This document shows, piece after piece, positions 27,467 to 39,120 of a stretch of DNA of 64,000 nucleotides. The DNA comes from Octopus sinensis (taxonomy: Eukaryota): NCBI RefSeq assembly GCF_006345805.1, contig NC_043000.1, positions 86,180,001 through 86,244,000 of the forward strand. The letters run 5' to 3'. Below the pieces are notes generated by a model. That model made no database searches. It saw nothing but the letters and a program-made list of their open reading frames with translations, and was not told the DNA's origin. A program made the position numbers and the translations under genes. How positions within the stretch are numbered: position 1 is the first letter of the stretch; each line of letters opens with the position of its first letter.

Positions 27467-29005
27467 GGGTGAGATGTGTAATTGTATACATGTATGTATA
27501 AGTATAATCATATATAGTTAACTCTTTTCTTAAACAAATAGGGACAGTCCTAGATTTTCATGTATACTTTATATGCCATTAGCCTGTTTTAACTGAATGT
27601 GTCATCAGAATGTATTGAAATGTTTAATGACAAGAGAAATTTCATGAGAAATAAAACATATTTTCTTTTACTAAATGATGGTTGTTAGTTTTGACTGTAA
27701 TTTAGCTGAAAAAATTTGGTTGATTTTCCTTTCTGATCTCATGAACGCATTTGCCACCGAAAATTTCACTCATGCATTTTTGACGCTTATTTATCAAAGT
27801 ACTAGGACAGAGTACAGCTGCTTGATAAGAAGGCTGTGTGGAGGTTAGCACATTAACAGATGTGTCAGAACTTAATGAAAGATAATATACCATCACCACC
27901 ACCCAAAACATTTCCTTTCCAATATCCAGTAGGTCAAATAACTTTTGATAAACAACCATTTAGATGATATTCAAATGGGAGAACATGTGTAAATAAAACT
28001 AGAGCAATGGGAATAAGGAAGAAATTCCTCTGTATAATAATGAAAATAATATTTAAAGAATATTTAAAGAAATACCAAGCAAATATATTTTATGGTTGTA
28101 AATAATATCATTCATTTCTGTTTTTATCTTTAAATAAATAAATGGAAAAATAGAATTATGAAAGTGTAAATTAATTATGAAATCATGACTATCATGAATT
28201 AATAAGAAATCAAAATATTTAAAGATTCAAAACCATGAAAACTGTCTTGGTTTGTACAAACGTCAACAATGAAATATTTTAAGAGTAAACATCAAAGCAA
28301 TATTCTTAGTATATAAATATGAACATAAATGTACACACTCATATAAGCATACACATACATGTACACACATATATACACACACATACACATATAAACCTGC
28401 AATGAGATGAAAGTAGATAAAAGTTAGACAGTTAGGTTCATTTCTGACTCTTATCTACATGCATGGTCTCCTTTGAAGCAGTTCACTACACACACACACA
28501 CACACACACACATGAACTTATCGAGTAAAATGGGAGGCAATGAAAGTGGGAGGTCCATTAGTATAATGTCTAAAAATAACTGGACTGAATTCTTGAGTAT
28601 ATTGGTTCAATTCCAACACAGTCCCCCAGTTGTTTGTTCTCTATTTCTTTAAGTTATATTAGAGTACAAATACATATCAAATCATAACTCTGAGTAGATA
28701 CATACATGACACATACTTTTCTTTCTCTCTCTCTGAACACGTTGTGCCATAAACAGAACAGAACTCTGAGCAGTTGCACTGTAGGCAAATAACAGAAATT
28801 GAGACAATCAAAGTCATGTGATCAAAACTAAAATTTGAGAGAGAGAAAGAAAAGTATGTGTCATGTTTGTTCTCTATTTCTTTAAGTTATATTAGAGTAC
28901 AAATACATATCAAATCATAACTCTGAGCAGATACATACATGACACATACTTTTCTTTCTCTCTCTCTCTCTCTCTCTCTTTCAGTCTGTGTGTGTATGCG
29001 CATGC

Positions 29006-29047
<42 letters not shown>

Positions 29048-29366
29048 TGATAAAAATGGTAAGACAACAAAAGAAAGAAAGAGATCTCGGAGTTTTATCA
29101 TGGCTACCGAATAATTGTTACATATCATATTTACAGATATATATATATATATACACACACACAAAGGTGATCTAAACAATTAGGTATGCTAGGTAAGTGC
29201 TATAACAGATTACTGGGGCTCCAAGATTGTAGCCGAGACAGTAGTTATGGAGCCATTGCAGATTTCCGATGCAGTAGATATATAATTGTTAAACAGGACA
29301 ACAAACATTAAGGCAACACAAACATCTCAAGTCATATACAATATTATTACAGGAAGAAATTCAAAA

Positions 29367-29420
29367 TCTTACAGCTGTTTCTGGGAGAATCCCGAGTATG
29401 GGATATTCCATCATCAGAGA
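29367..29420 (-). ncRNA. Minimal type-I hammerhead ribozyme motif with intact core
   Basis: 5'-UCU CUGAUGA UGGAAUAUCCCAUACUCGGGAUUCUCCCA GAAA CAGCUG UA|AGA-3'. Helix I is UCU/AGA, helix II is UGG/CCA plus AUCCC/GGGAU, helix III is the palindrome CAGCUG, and the cleavage triplet is GUA. Confidence 0.72.
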
Positions 29421-29576
29421 CAAATTAGGGAAAAAAGTATGGGAAAGGAGAATGGTATATATCAAGGAGATGACCACAGAGAAGAAGGAAATAAAAAAAT
29501 AAGGAGATGGAAAGAGAGAAGAAAAAAGAAGCATAAAAGTTCATAGTTCAACTTTCTGAAGCTATAGAAACCAGAG

Positions 29577-29804
29577 CATGAGTCCTTAGGTGCAATCCTG
29601 TGTAGATCCATGAGCATAGGTCTTTAGGTGTAATCCTGCGTATATGCATGTGGATTAACAGAATGTTATTGGACTTTGACATGTTTGTGTCTTTTTCTTG
29701 GGATGTCTGCTATATCAGGATTTTAACCTACATGGATATACTCAAGATTGTACCTAAAGACTTATGCTCGTGGATCTACACAGGATTGCACCTAAGGGCT
29801 CATG
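29577..29804. repeat. Fold-back element with ~58-bp inverted arms built from a ~33-bp subrepeat
   Basis: catgagtccttaggtgcaatcctgtgtagatccatgagcataggtctttaggtgtaatc pairs with gattgtacctaaagacttatgctcgtggatctacacaggattgcacctaagggctcatg. Confidence 0.75.
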
Positions 29805-29829
29805 TTTCCTCTCTCAGCTGAGAGGTCCT

Positions 29830-30127
29830 TGTTTTGCAAGCTACTTGGCAACCCTGCAGATGCTGGTGCCACATAAAAAGCACTCATGGCAATGCTACAT
29901 GAAAGGCACCTGTGCTGATGCCGTGTATAAAGCACCTGTGCTGGTGCTACGTAAAAAGCACCTGCACTGGTGTCATATAAAAAAGCATCTAGTACCCACT
30001 GTAAAGTGGTTGGCATTAGGAAGGGCATCCAGCTGTATGCCAAAGCAGACTACTGGAGCCTGGTTTAGATTACCAGCTCCTCTCAAATTGTCCACCCAGC
30101 ATGGAAATGGACATTAAATGATGATGA
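29830..30127 (+). mobile_element. Isolated RTE 3'UTR tail, tail-to-tail with the 30155 LINE
   Basis: ...gtaaagtggttggcattaggaagggcatccagctg...cagcatggaaatggacattaaatgatgatga. Similar tails lie at about 20-230, 14400-14625 and 26060-26230. Confidence 0.7.
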
Positions 30128-30154
30128 CTATATATACATATACATATATATATA

Positions 30155-31700
30155 TCATCATCATCGTTTAACGTCCATTTTCCATGCTGGCATGGGTTGG
30201 ACGGTTTGACTGAGAACTGGTGAGCCAGATGGCTGCACAAAGCTCCAATATGATCTGACAGAGTTTTTACAGCTCGATGTCCTTCCTAATGCCATCCACT
30301 CCGAGAGTGTAGTGGATGCTTTTACATGCCACCGGCATGGGAGGTAGTCAGTGGCCCTGGCAACGATCATGCTCGGATGCTGCTCTTAATGTTCCACTAG
30401 CATGGATGCCAGTCATGCGATGCTGTCATCGGCCACGTCAGCGAATTTGATTTCAATTTCATTTGCCTCAACAGGTAGAGTTATAGTGTCCAATGAAAGA
30501 AAGGTACACATAAGTGGGCTGGTTTCATGACTGGCATAGGTCATGGGTTATGGTGTCACTTGGCTTGCTGGATCCCCTCAAGCACAGCATATTTCCAAGA
30601 CTTTCGGTCACTACTCATTGCCTCAGTGAGGCCTAATGTTCGAAGGTCGTGCTTCACCACCTCATCCCAGGTCTTCCTGGGTCTACCTCTTCCACAGGTT
30701 CCCTCAACTGCTAAGGTGACACTTTTTCAAACAACTATCCTCATCCATTCTCACCACATGACCATACCAGCGCAAACGTCTCTCTTGCACACCACATCTG
30801 ATGCTTCTTAAGTCCAACTTTTCTCTCAAGGCACTTACACTCTGTCGTGTATATACAATGACATTACACATCCATCGGATGATACTGGCTTCATTCCTTG
30901 CAAGCTTATGCATGTCTTCAGCAGTCATGGCCTATGTTTCACTGCCATGTAGCATGGCTGTTCATACACATGCATCATACAGTCTATCATTTACTCTGAG
31001 TGAGAGGCCTTTTGTCACCAGCAGAGGTAGAAGCTCTCTGAACTTTGCTCAGGTTATTCTTATTCTAGTAGCTACACTTTCAGTGCACCCACCCCCGCTA
31101 CTGACTTGGTCACCTGGGTAACGGAAGCTGTCAACTAATTGTAGTTTTTCTCTCTGTAATGTGGCAGAAGTTGTTCTCCGCACATATACAGTGTTTATTG
31201 CTCTTGAGCATCTGCCACATACAAAAACTATCTTCCCAGTTAGCCTTCCTTTGATATTACTGCACCTCTTATGTGTCCATAGCTTACACTGAGTACATCT
31301 TATAGAGTTTCTACCTACACCTTTTCTATAGATAAAGCAGGGCTATCTACCTGAAGGGATTTGTGGTTTGTCTGCCTTCCTACTTATTAAGACTGATGGG
31401 CTCTCTTTCTCTCATTCATTCTCTTTATTTAGCAACCTTTCATAGTGGCGTCTCCATACCTCTCTCTTTGCAGCTTCGTTTAATGCAAGTGAACCATCAT
31501 CCATGCGGACACATTTCTCTCCTACGACATTATGATTCTTTCTCACACACTGTCTTGCAACAAGAAATACCTCAAGTCTTTGGTCCTCACAGTGCAGAAC
31601 ATTGGCAAATTCTTTCTTATCTGCTTCCCCTCTGGCTAAATAAATTTGTCTCCTAGCTTCTCTTCTGGCAGTCTGGTACCATTCCCTGCTTCCACCATAG
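30155..31700 (-). mobile_element. Second copy of the same RTE family, with the RT core internally deleted
   Basis: Same 3'UTR and tail as 22691. ORF 30704-30928 has RRLRWYGHV. The PHD segment KGVGRNSIRCTQCKLWTHKRCSNIKGRLTGKIVFVCGRC lies at about 31205-31325. The sequence jumps near 31390-31430 from the PHD region to the EN-RT linker. Confidence 0.85.
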
Positions 31701-32754
31701 CAGGCTTGGAAGGACTGGAAGAATGGCGGTAGCAGGGGATGGTACCAGAGTGCCAGAAGGTAAGCTAGGAGACAGATTTATTTAGCCAGAGGGGAAGCAG
31801 ATAAGAAAAAATTTGCCAATGTTCTGCACCATATATATGTGTATACACACACACACACACACACATATATATATGTATGTATGTATGTATATATATATTT
31901 ATATATATGTATATATATACATATATATACAAGTGCAGGTGAAGGAGTCAGTGATGTGATAGCGTCAATGATGGGTGCCGGTGAGGAGGGTGGTATATAT
32001 ATAATTTATATATATATATATATATAAATTAATATGTTCAATAAGAAAGAATTATTTTCGAAATTTTTCTCTTATGAGGTTTTTCACGCTATCTACCTGA
32101 TAATTTCTTGTTAAGATTCCTTATTAAGAAGTTATCCTTAATTGTTAAATATATATATATATATATAAAACGGGCTTCTTCAGTTTCTGTCTATCATATT
32201 CACTCACAAAGCTTTGGTCAGCCCGAGGTTATAATAGATGACACTTGCCCAAGGTACCATGCAATGTGACAACCTAGAACCATGTGGTTGGGAAGCAAGC
32301 TTCTTACCACACAGCCATGCCTGCCTACTGCCTATACACACACACACATATATATATATGTATGTATGTATATATATATATTTATATATATGTATTTTAT
32401 ATATATATGTATATATATATACATATATATAAATATATATATACATACATACATACATATATATATGTGTGTGTGTGCATGTGTGTGTATAGGCAGTAGC
32501 CAGGCATGGCTGTGTGATAAGAAGCTTGCTTCCCAACCACATGGTTCTAGGTTCAGTCCCATTGCATGGTACCTTGGGCAAGCGTCATCTCTTATAACCT
32601 CGGGCTGACCAAAGCTTTGTGAGTGAATTTGATAGACAGAAACTGAAGAAGCCCGTTTTATATATATATATATATTTCCATTTCCTGAGCGCCTATTAAT
32701 AATAATACTGTAATTGTTCCATTGTTGTTGTTTTTTTGTTTTCCCGTTTGGATT

Positions 32755-32785
<31 letters not shown>

Positions 32786-32787
32786 AA

Positions 32788-32830
<43 letters not shown>

Positions 32831-32852
32831 TATATATATACATATACATATA

Positions 32853-33790
32853 TACCACCCTCCTCACTGACACCCATCATCGACGCTATCACATCACTGA
32901 CTCCTTCACCTGCACTTCTACCAATGTCATCTGCTGCATCTCCTGCTCTCTCTGCCCTTCTCTATTCATTGGGCAAACAGGATGCCACTTGGCTGACCAG
33001 TTTGTGGAATACCTCCAAGATATCTGACTTAGCAATGACACCCCGGTCACACACCATTTCTGGTCTACCACTCACTCTTTGCAACACCTGTCTGTGTTTG
33101 GATTGTCTTTGCACAGGAGCCATCTGGACTTCTGCTGTTTGCACCATGAACGGGGATTAATCTTCTCTTTTCGCTCCTTTGCACCACATGGGCTCAACTC
33201 TCCTCTCCTTTTCATCTAACCTCCTTCCCTCACCTCTCTCCCCCTCACACCTACTTCCTCCCACCCACCTCTCCTCTCTTGCTCCAGCTCTTACTTCTCT
33301 TCACTCTTACTCTCCTTGTCTCTTCTCTTCACTCCTACCCACCTTCTCTCTCCCCCTTCATCATCATCTCTCCCTCATAAGCCCACCCCATCCCTACACA
33401 TTCCAACCTCATCTTTCCTATCCTTCCCCTCCCATGCTACCCCATCCCTTACACCCACTTCCACATACCCCACCTCTACTCCCACCTGCAGTCTAACCCA
33501 CACCCCACCCTTGCTTTCTCCACTCTCGCCTCTCTACCTCCCAACACCATCACACCACACCACACACTATACACTAATATATTACACAACACCACACACA
33601 CAAGCACTGACCACTTACCAGCCCCGCATCCTCACACCTACACATACACACACGTCATGGTCACCAGCCCTCTTCCACATGCACATACATCATACTTTCT
33701 TATACACACGCACGTGCACCTTCGTTTTGGGATCACCACTACTTTATTATCTCCCCTTCTTCCTAGCTCTCCTGTGTGACCCTTCTGTCT
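32853..33790 (-). mobile_element. Probable 5' region (purine-rich 5'UTR and N-terminal coding part) of the same RTE family
   Basis: C/T-rich on plus. Similar decayed segments lie at about 13790-14290 and 59760-60140. It is in the same orientation as, and upstream of, the 30155-31700 copy. The assignment is an inference. Confidence 0.5.
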
Positions 33791-35680
33791 GGCACTTGCT
33801 ATGATAGATCACTAGCCACTACACATTATTTTCTCTCCTTGTTTCTTTCTGTGGAAGAGCATAGGCTCAAAGCGTTAAAGACTTTTTCACTTCCCAAGCA
33901 TTAAACTAATACATCTGTTTGTTGTCTACACCCCCTGTCTTCATCTTTTGTGAATTCTTCCCATATATATATATTATATATTTGTGTGTGTCTGTGTTTG
34001 TTCCCCCACCATTGCTTGACAACTGATGCTGGTGTGTTTACGTCCCTGTAATCTAGTTGTTTGGCAAAAGAGACCAATAAACAAAGAATAAGTCTTGGGT
34101 TGACTTCTTCAACTAACACCTTTTAAGGCGGTGCTCCAGCATGGCAACAGTTATATGACTGAAACAAGTAAAAGAATAAAAGAATATATATATATATATA
34201 TATCTTAGTTTTTAATAAAGAATCTGAACAAAGAAGTATTTGAATTAAAAATCCAGCACATTAAGCTGGAAGGGGAATATGGTAAAAATACTAAATAGTA
34301 ACACTCCAAATATTAACAAAATTAAATAATGGTTCCAAATTTGGGCACTAGGCCAGCAATTTCGGTGGATGGGATAGGCCCATTATATCAACTTCAACTG
34401 AAAACTGGTACTTACTTTATTGACCCTGAAAAGATGAAAAGCAAATTCAGTCTAGGTAGAATTTGAACTCAGAGCATAAAAATTGACTAAATCCTGCTAA
34501 GTATTTTACCCAGTGTGCTTACAATTCTGCCAGCTCACTGTCTTATAACTGTATTAAATAATTACAATGGTAAGTTAGTAACAGTAGACACAAAAACCCT
34601 TAAACAACAAAGAAGTTACTTTGACAGATACACACCAAATAAGTAAGGGGGAACCATATTAGTGAGTAGTGAAAACATGAATGAGATCTCTGGCAAAGTG
34701 ACAGGGAACCAAATGCTTTGAAGTCTGAATTACTTGGATGGTTTGTTGGAAGTAGTAGTGTAGTAGATAAGCTTTTGGTACCTGTTACATGATTAACAAC
34801 GAAGGTGGAGTGAGTGATAAAATAACAAGTATGGCTTGGAATATACAGTTGAAGTTTAGAGAACTAGTGACTCTGTTGGCAATGATGTGTTTTGTTTCTG
34901 AATGAAAAGGCAGACTCCAGGAAGTAATAAACATAGGATATATGTTTGTAAATACATTTTCATACAAATATATCAGTATTACTACTTTGTCTACATTTAC
35001 TGAATGTATACAACTGGAATCAGTGCGAAGAAGAGATTGAAGGATAAGGGAAAAACTACTAGTGAAGGTTCATAAGGGGACAGAAAGTGAAGCTATCTCA
35101 CTCTATGGAACTAAGTAGCTTATGGATGTTTGTGGTGGGGTGATGTATGCACACCAGGAATAATGTTTGGTTTTTAGGTTGATTTAATCTTTAAGGAGAG
35201 GAAGTTGATGATTAATGAAAACTTAAATTGCAGAAAAAAAAAGAAAAAAACAAATGTGAGTGAGCATTACAGCAGTAAAATGTATACAATATTCAATGTG
35301 TTTACAGGAAAGAGTCAACATAGAGAAAAATTTTCAGCATACATGTACACACACACACACATGTACATACATGTGTGCAAATGTGTGTGTGTGTATGCAT
35401 GTATGTATGAATGTATGCATGAATGTATATCATCATCAGTATCGTTTAACAGCCACTTTCCATGCTGGCATGGGTTCGTTGACTTGATAGGTTCTGTTAG
35501 CTGAAAGGCTATGTTGAGTTTCTAAGTTTCTATGTTAGCTTTTGTGTGTGCATATATATGTAGATATATATATATATCTTAAAGGGAAAAGGACAACAAA
35601 AACCAAGGTAGGACGAGTATCTCAAGTCATTTAGAATATCTAATTAGTGTAAAGCGAAGTAATTAATTAATTATTGGATG

Positions 35681-35731
35681 TCTTACAGCTGTTTCTGGGA
35701 TATCTATAGTGATAGGTTAGCATCTCCAGAG
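35681..35731 (-). ncRNA. Degenerate hammerhead motif, same element family as 29367
   Basis: UCU CUGGAGA ... CCA GAAA CAGCUG UA AGA. The core has CUGGAGA instead of CUGANGA. The adjacent aggacaacaaa...atctcaagtcat segment is shared with 29295-29335. Confidence 0.45.
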
Positions 35732-35853
35732 ATGGTATGGAGGTTGATCCATACTTCCATGAGGGTATAGGTTCTTAAGTATAATCCCAGGTTAATCCAG
35801 GTAGTATTTTTTTTGGCAATATTTTGAATGCTCCTTCAACATGAATGCAGCAT

Positions 35854-35889
<36 letters not shown>

Positions 35890-35892
35890 CAC

Positions 35893-36160
35893 ATGTGAAG
35901 GTGCATGGCTCAGTGGTTAGAGCGTCAAGTTTATGATTGTGAGGTTGTGAGTTCGATTCCTGGACCGGGCTGCGTGTTGTGTTCTTGAGCATGGACACTT
36001 TATTTCATATTGCTCTAGTTAACTCAGCTGTAGAAATGAGTTGTGGTATGCTTGGGCAACTGCTGGCCCTCCACAAACAACCTTAACTGGACTTGTGCCT
36101 CAGAGGGTAACTTTCTAGGTGCAATCCCATGGTCATTCATGACCAAAGGGGGTCTCCTCC
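35893..36160 (+). mobile_element. tRNA-derived SINE, family D
   Basis: ggtgcatggctcagtggttagagc...gagttcgattcc then gtgttgtgttcttgagc. A paralogue lies at about 16628-16920. Confidence 0.75.
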
Positions 36161-36556
36161 TATATATACATACAACACATGTGTGGCTTGCTTCTCAACC
36201 ACATGGTTCCAGGTTCAGTCCCACTGCGTGACACCTTGAGCAAGTATCTTCTTCTGTAGCCTTGGACCAACCAAAGCCTCATGAGTGGATTTGGTAGACA
36301 GAAACTGAAAGAAACCTATCGTATGAATAGATATATGTATATATTTGTGTGTTTGCGTCTGTGTTATCCCTACCCAGGGACAACTGATGTTGGTGTTTAT
36401 ATCCCCGTAACTTAGCAGTTTGGCAAAAGAGACTGATAAAATAAGTACTAGGCTTACAAAGAATAAGTCTAGGGATTGATTTGTTTGACTAAAACCCCTC
36501 AAGGTGGCACTCTAGTATGGCCATAGTCAAAGGACTGAAAAAATAAAAGAATAGTA

Positions 36557-36595
<39 letters not shown>

Positions 36596-37010
36596 AATAC
36601 TCTTTTACTTGTTTCAGTCAAAAGAGGAAGCAGGACACACACACACAAACACACACATACAATTAATTACACACCAATGTATATGCACACATAAACACAT
36701 GCACACCCAGACAAACTAACACACAAACACACATGCATGCATACACATTCACACTCACACACACACACAAAATTTAATAAGTTGCAATACTGACACGTGC
36801 TCAGGAATTCAAACTTTACCATAGTTATTGTGTTTGTACCCTGGTTACAATCTATTTGTCTCAATTTTTCTTGGAAAAACAAGTTTTAATCGTCATTCAT
36901 GGTGTGTGATTAGCAGTAGGATGGGCATCCAGCTGGAAAAACAAATTACTCTAACACAAACAAAAACCTGGCTCCACCCATGATAAAATGGGAAAGGAAT
37001 GTGAACAGTG

Positions 37011-37053
<43 letters not shown>

Positions 37054-37331
37054 TGTGTGTGCATGTGAAAATCTCTGTAGATCATATTGATTGGATGCGT
37101 GTGTCTGTGCAATGCCTGTATACACACATACATAAATATGCATACATACACAAACATGTAAATAGAATTAGTTTGGGATTCCAAATTTTAGCTGATAATT
37201 TATTCAGCCAGTGGTGTGTGTGTATATATATATATCTTTCTATGCATCTATTATGTATGTCTTTATCTATCTATCTATCTATCTATTTGTCTGTCTGCCT
37301 ACCTACCTACCTACCTCTCTATCTGTCTATT

Positions 37332-37377
<46 letters not shown>

Positions 37378-37387
37378 TATATATATA

Positions 37388-37748
37388 CTAGCAGTATCGC
37401 CCGGCGTTGCTCGGGTTTGTAAGGGAAATAACTATAAAGCATTTTTAGAGAATTATAGCCAAAAAAATGGAAAAAAAATTATGGTAAATTTTTTTTTGAG
37501 AGTTAAAACGGTCGAGTTGCGTCCCCTAGACAGTCTGTGGTTTGTGTTTCTGATTCTCGACCCCATGTCGAATTTATCGATTTTTTTCAGAACTGGGGGA
37601 ACTTTTCAAAATTTTCTCTGCGTTAGTTTTGAATTATGACATTGGGCTATGTGTGTGTTAAGTTTCATCAGAATCGGTTGAAAGCCGTGGTCAGGGTGAG
37701 GGTACAAGCTAACAGACACACAGACAAACTGCCGTTTATATAGAGAGA
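37388..37748 (-). mobile_element. Non-autonomous Helitron with the same 3' end but a different 5' half
   Basis: The first ~110 bp on plus is nearly identical to 1826-1935. The 5' end is TCTCTCTATATAAACGGCAG. Confidence 0.8.
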
Positions 37749-37756
37749 AGTATATA

Positions 37757-38885
37757 TCTACTATATATGTGGAAAATCAGTGTGTGTTTGTTTGTGGCAT
37801 TGTTAGCTAACTCCTCCAACATCGTTTTATTGATTTTAATGAAACATAACACGTGAGTAGAACTCATGTCTGGAAACTTTGTGACATACTTAGATTGTTG
37901 AAACAATCGATAATATGGCCCCTGGAAGGGACTTTTATATCTATCTCATATAACTTTTTTAAACACTTAAGAGAAATAACCCATAGCACCTGTACAATAT
38001 TTTTTAAACACTCAAGGGAAATAACTCATTTCATAGTTTGTGTTTGATTACTTTGAATATTGATTTTTTGTGTGTCCTATTTCTAATTTTTGCAGACAAT
38101 ATCACTTTTATACTTTATTTGACACATGGGTAGAACCCATGTCTGGAAACCTCATGACATACTTAGATTGTTAAAAAAATTGATAATAGGGCCCTTCTAA
38201 TGGATCCTTCTATCTACTACATATTTCTAATATTTTATTTAAACAACCTAAGGGAAATAACCCAGCAGATTTTAGCGAAGTGATCAATATGTGATTCTCA
38301 CAGCCAACCTAATTCTGCATTTCACTACTTACAGTTTTGAACTGCTAAACATTATTATTGCACTTCCTCAATTTGAGTTTTAAACATTAAACATTTCTAT
38401 ACATACATACTTTTTTGAATGCCCATTACTCTGATAATTCTGCATTTTACAGTTTGACTTTTTCCATCACAGTAGATTAATTTTTTATTCCAAGGCAAAT
38501 TTGTAGTGGCTTCATGCAGACATAGCATGGATTCGATCCTCGATTGCCAAATTTCAATTAACACTTCAACAGTGCTTTTCTCATGGTAAAACAATAGTTT
38601 TTCTGTGAATGACAGCAATTATACATTTCCCAGATGCCTTTGCTAAGCAAAAATAATGTCTTTGCCTCTCGCCAACCTCCGACAATCTTTCTCGCCAACC
38701 TCTGAAAACCTCTCTCATCAACCTCCAAGAATCTCTCCCTCCTCCAGCTGACAGTTTTTGTACATTTTTGTGATGGAAAATACACCTTTTGTGGCAGTTA
38801 TAATGAAATTGCTTTCTCATATCAGAATAATAAGGCATTTCAATAGAACATCATTACTTCCAGGAATTACTGGGTACACCAGCTA

Positions 38886-38886
<1 letters not shown>
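37757..38886 (+). mobile_element. Probable second-family non-autonomous Helitron (1130 bp)
   Basis: A|TCTACTATATATG ... CCAG-GAATTA-CTGG hairpin (38860-38873) ... CTAG|T. It carries an internal ~75-bp duplication (about 37850 and 38125) and short ctcgccaacctc repeats near 38665-38720. Confidence 0.65.
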
Positions 38887-38978
<92 letters not shown>

Positions 38979-39008
38979 TAGATAGATAGATATAGATATA
39001 TATATATA
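38887..39008. repeat. Compound (TA)n-(GATA)n microsatellite (one example of dozens of TA/TG/CA/GA arrays, such as 26582-26795 and 27215-27465)
   Basis: Directly visible. Confidence 0.95.
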
Positions 39009-39120
39009 GTTAATCGAATATATTCAATGAGAATACAGTATACTGAATTTCGAATAAGTGCTCTTGGTAAGGAAACGTCTAAAACCTTAAGGTATTTAGA
39101 GATTTAATAAGAGTGATTAT

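Noticed and set aside
33845-33885. ctgtggaa-GAGC-atag-GCTC-aaagcgttaaaga hammerhead-like hairpin
   Set aside because: Both core segments deviate (CUGUGGAA, AAAG). It may be a decayed Penelope-like tail but cannot be supported as a ribozyme.
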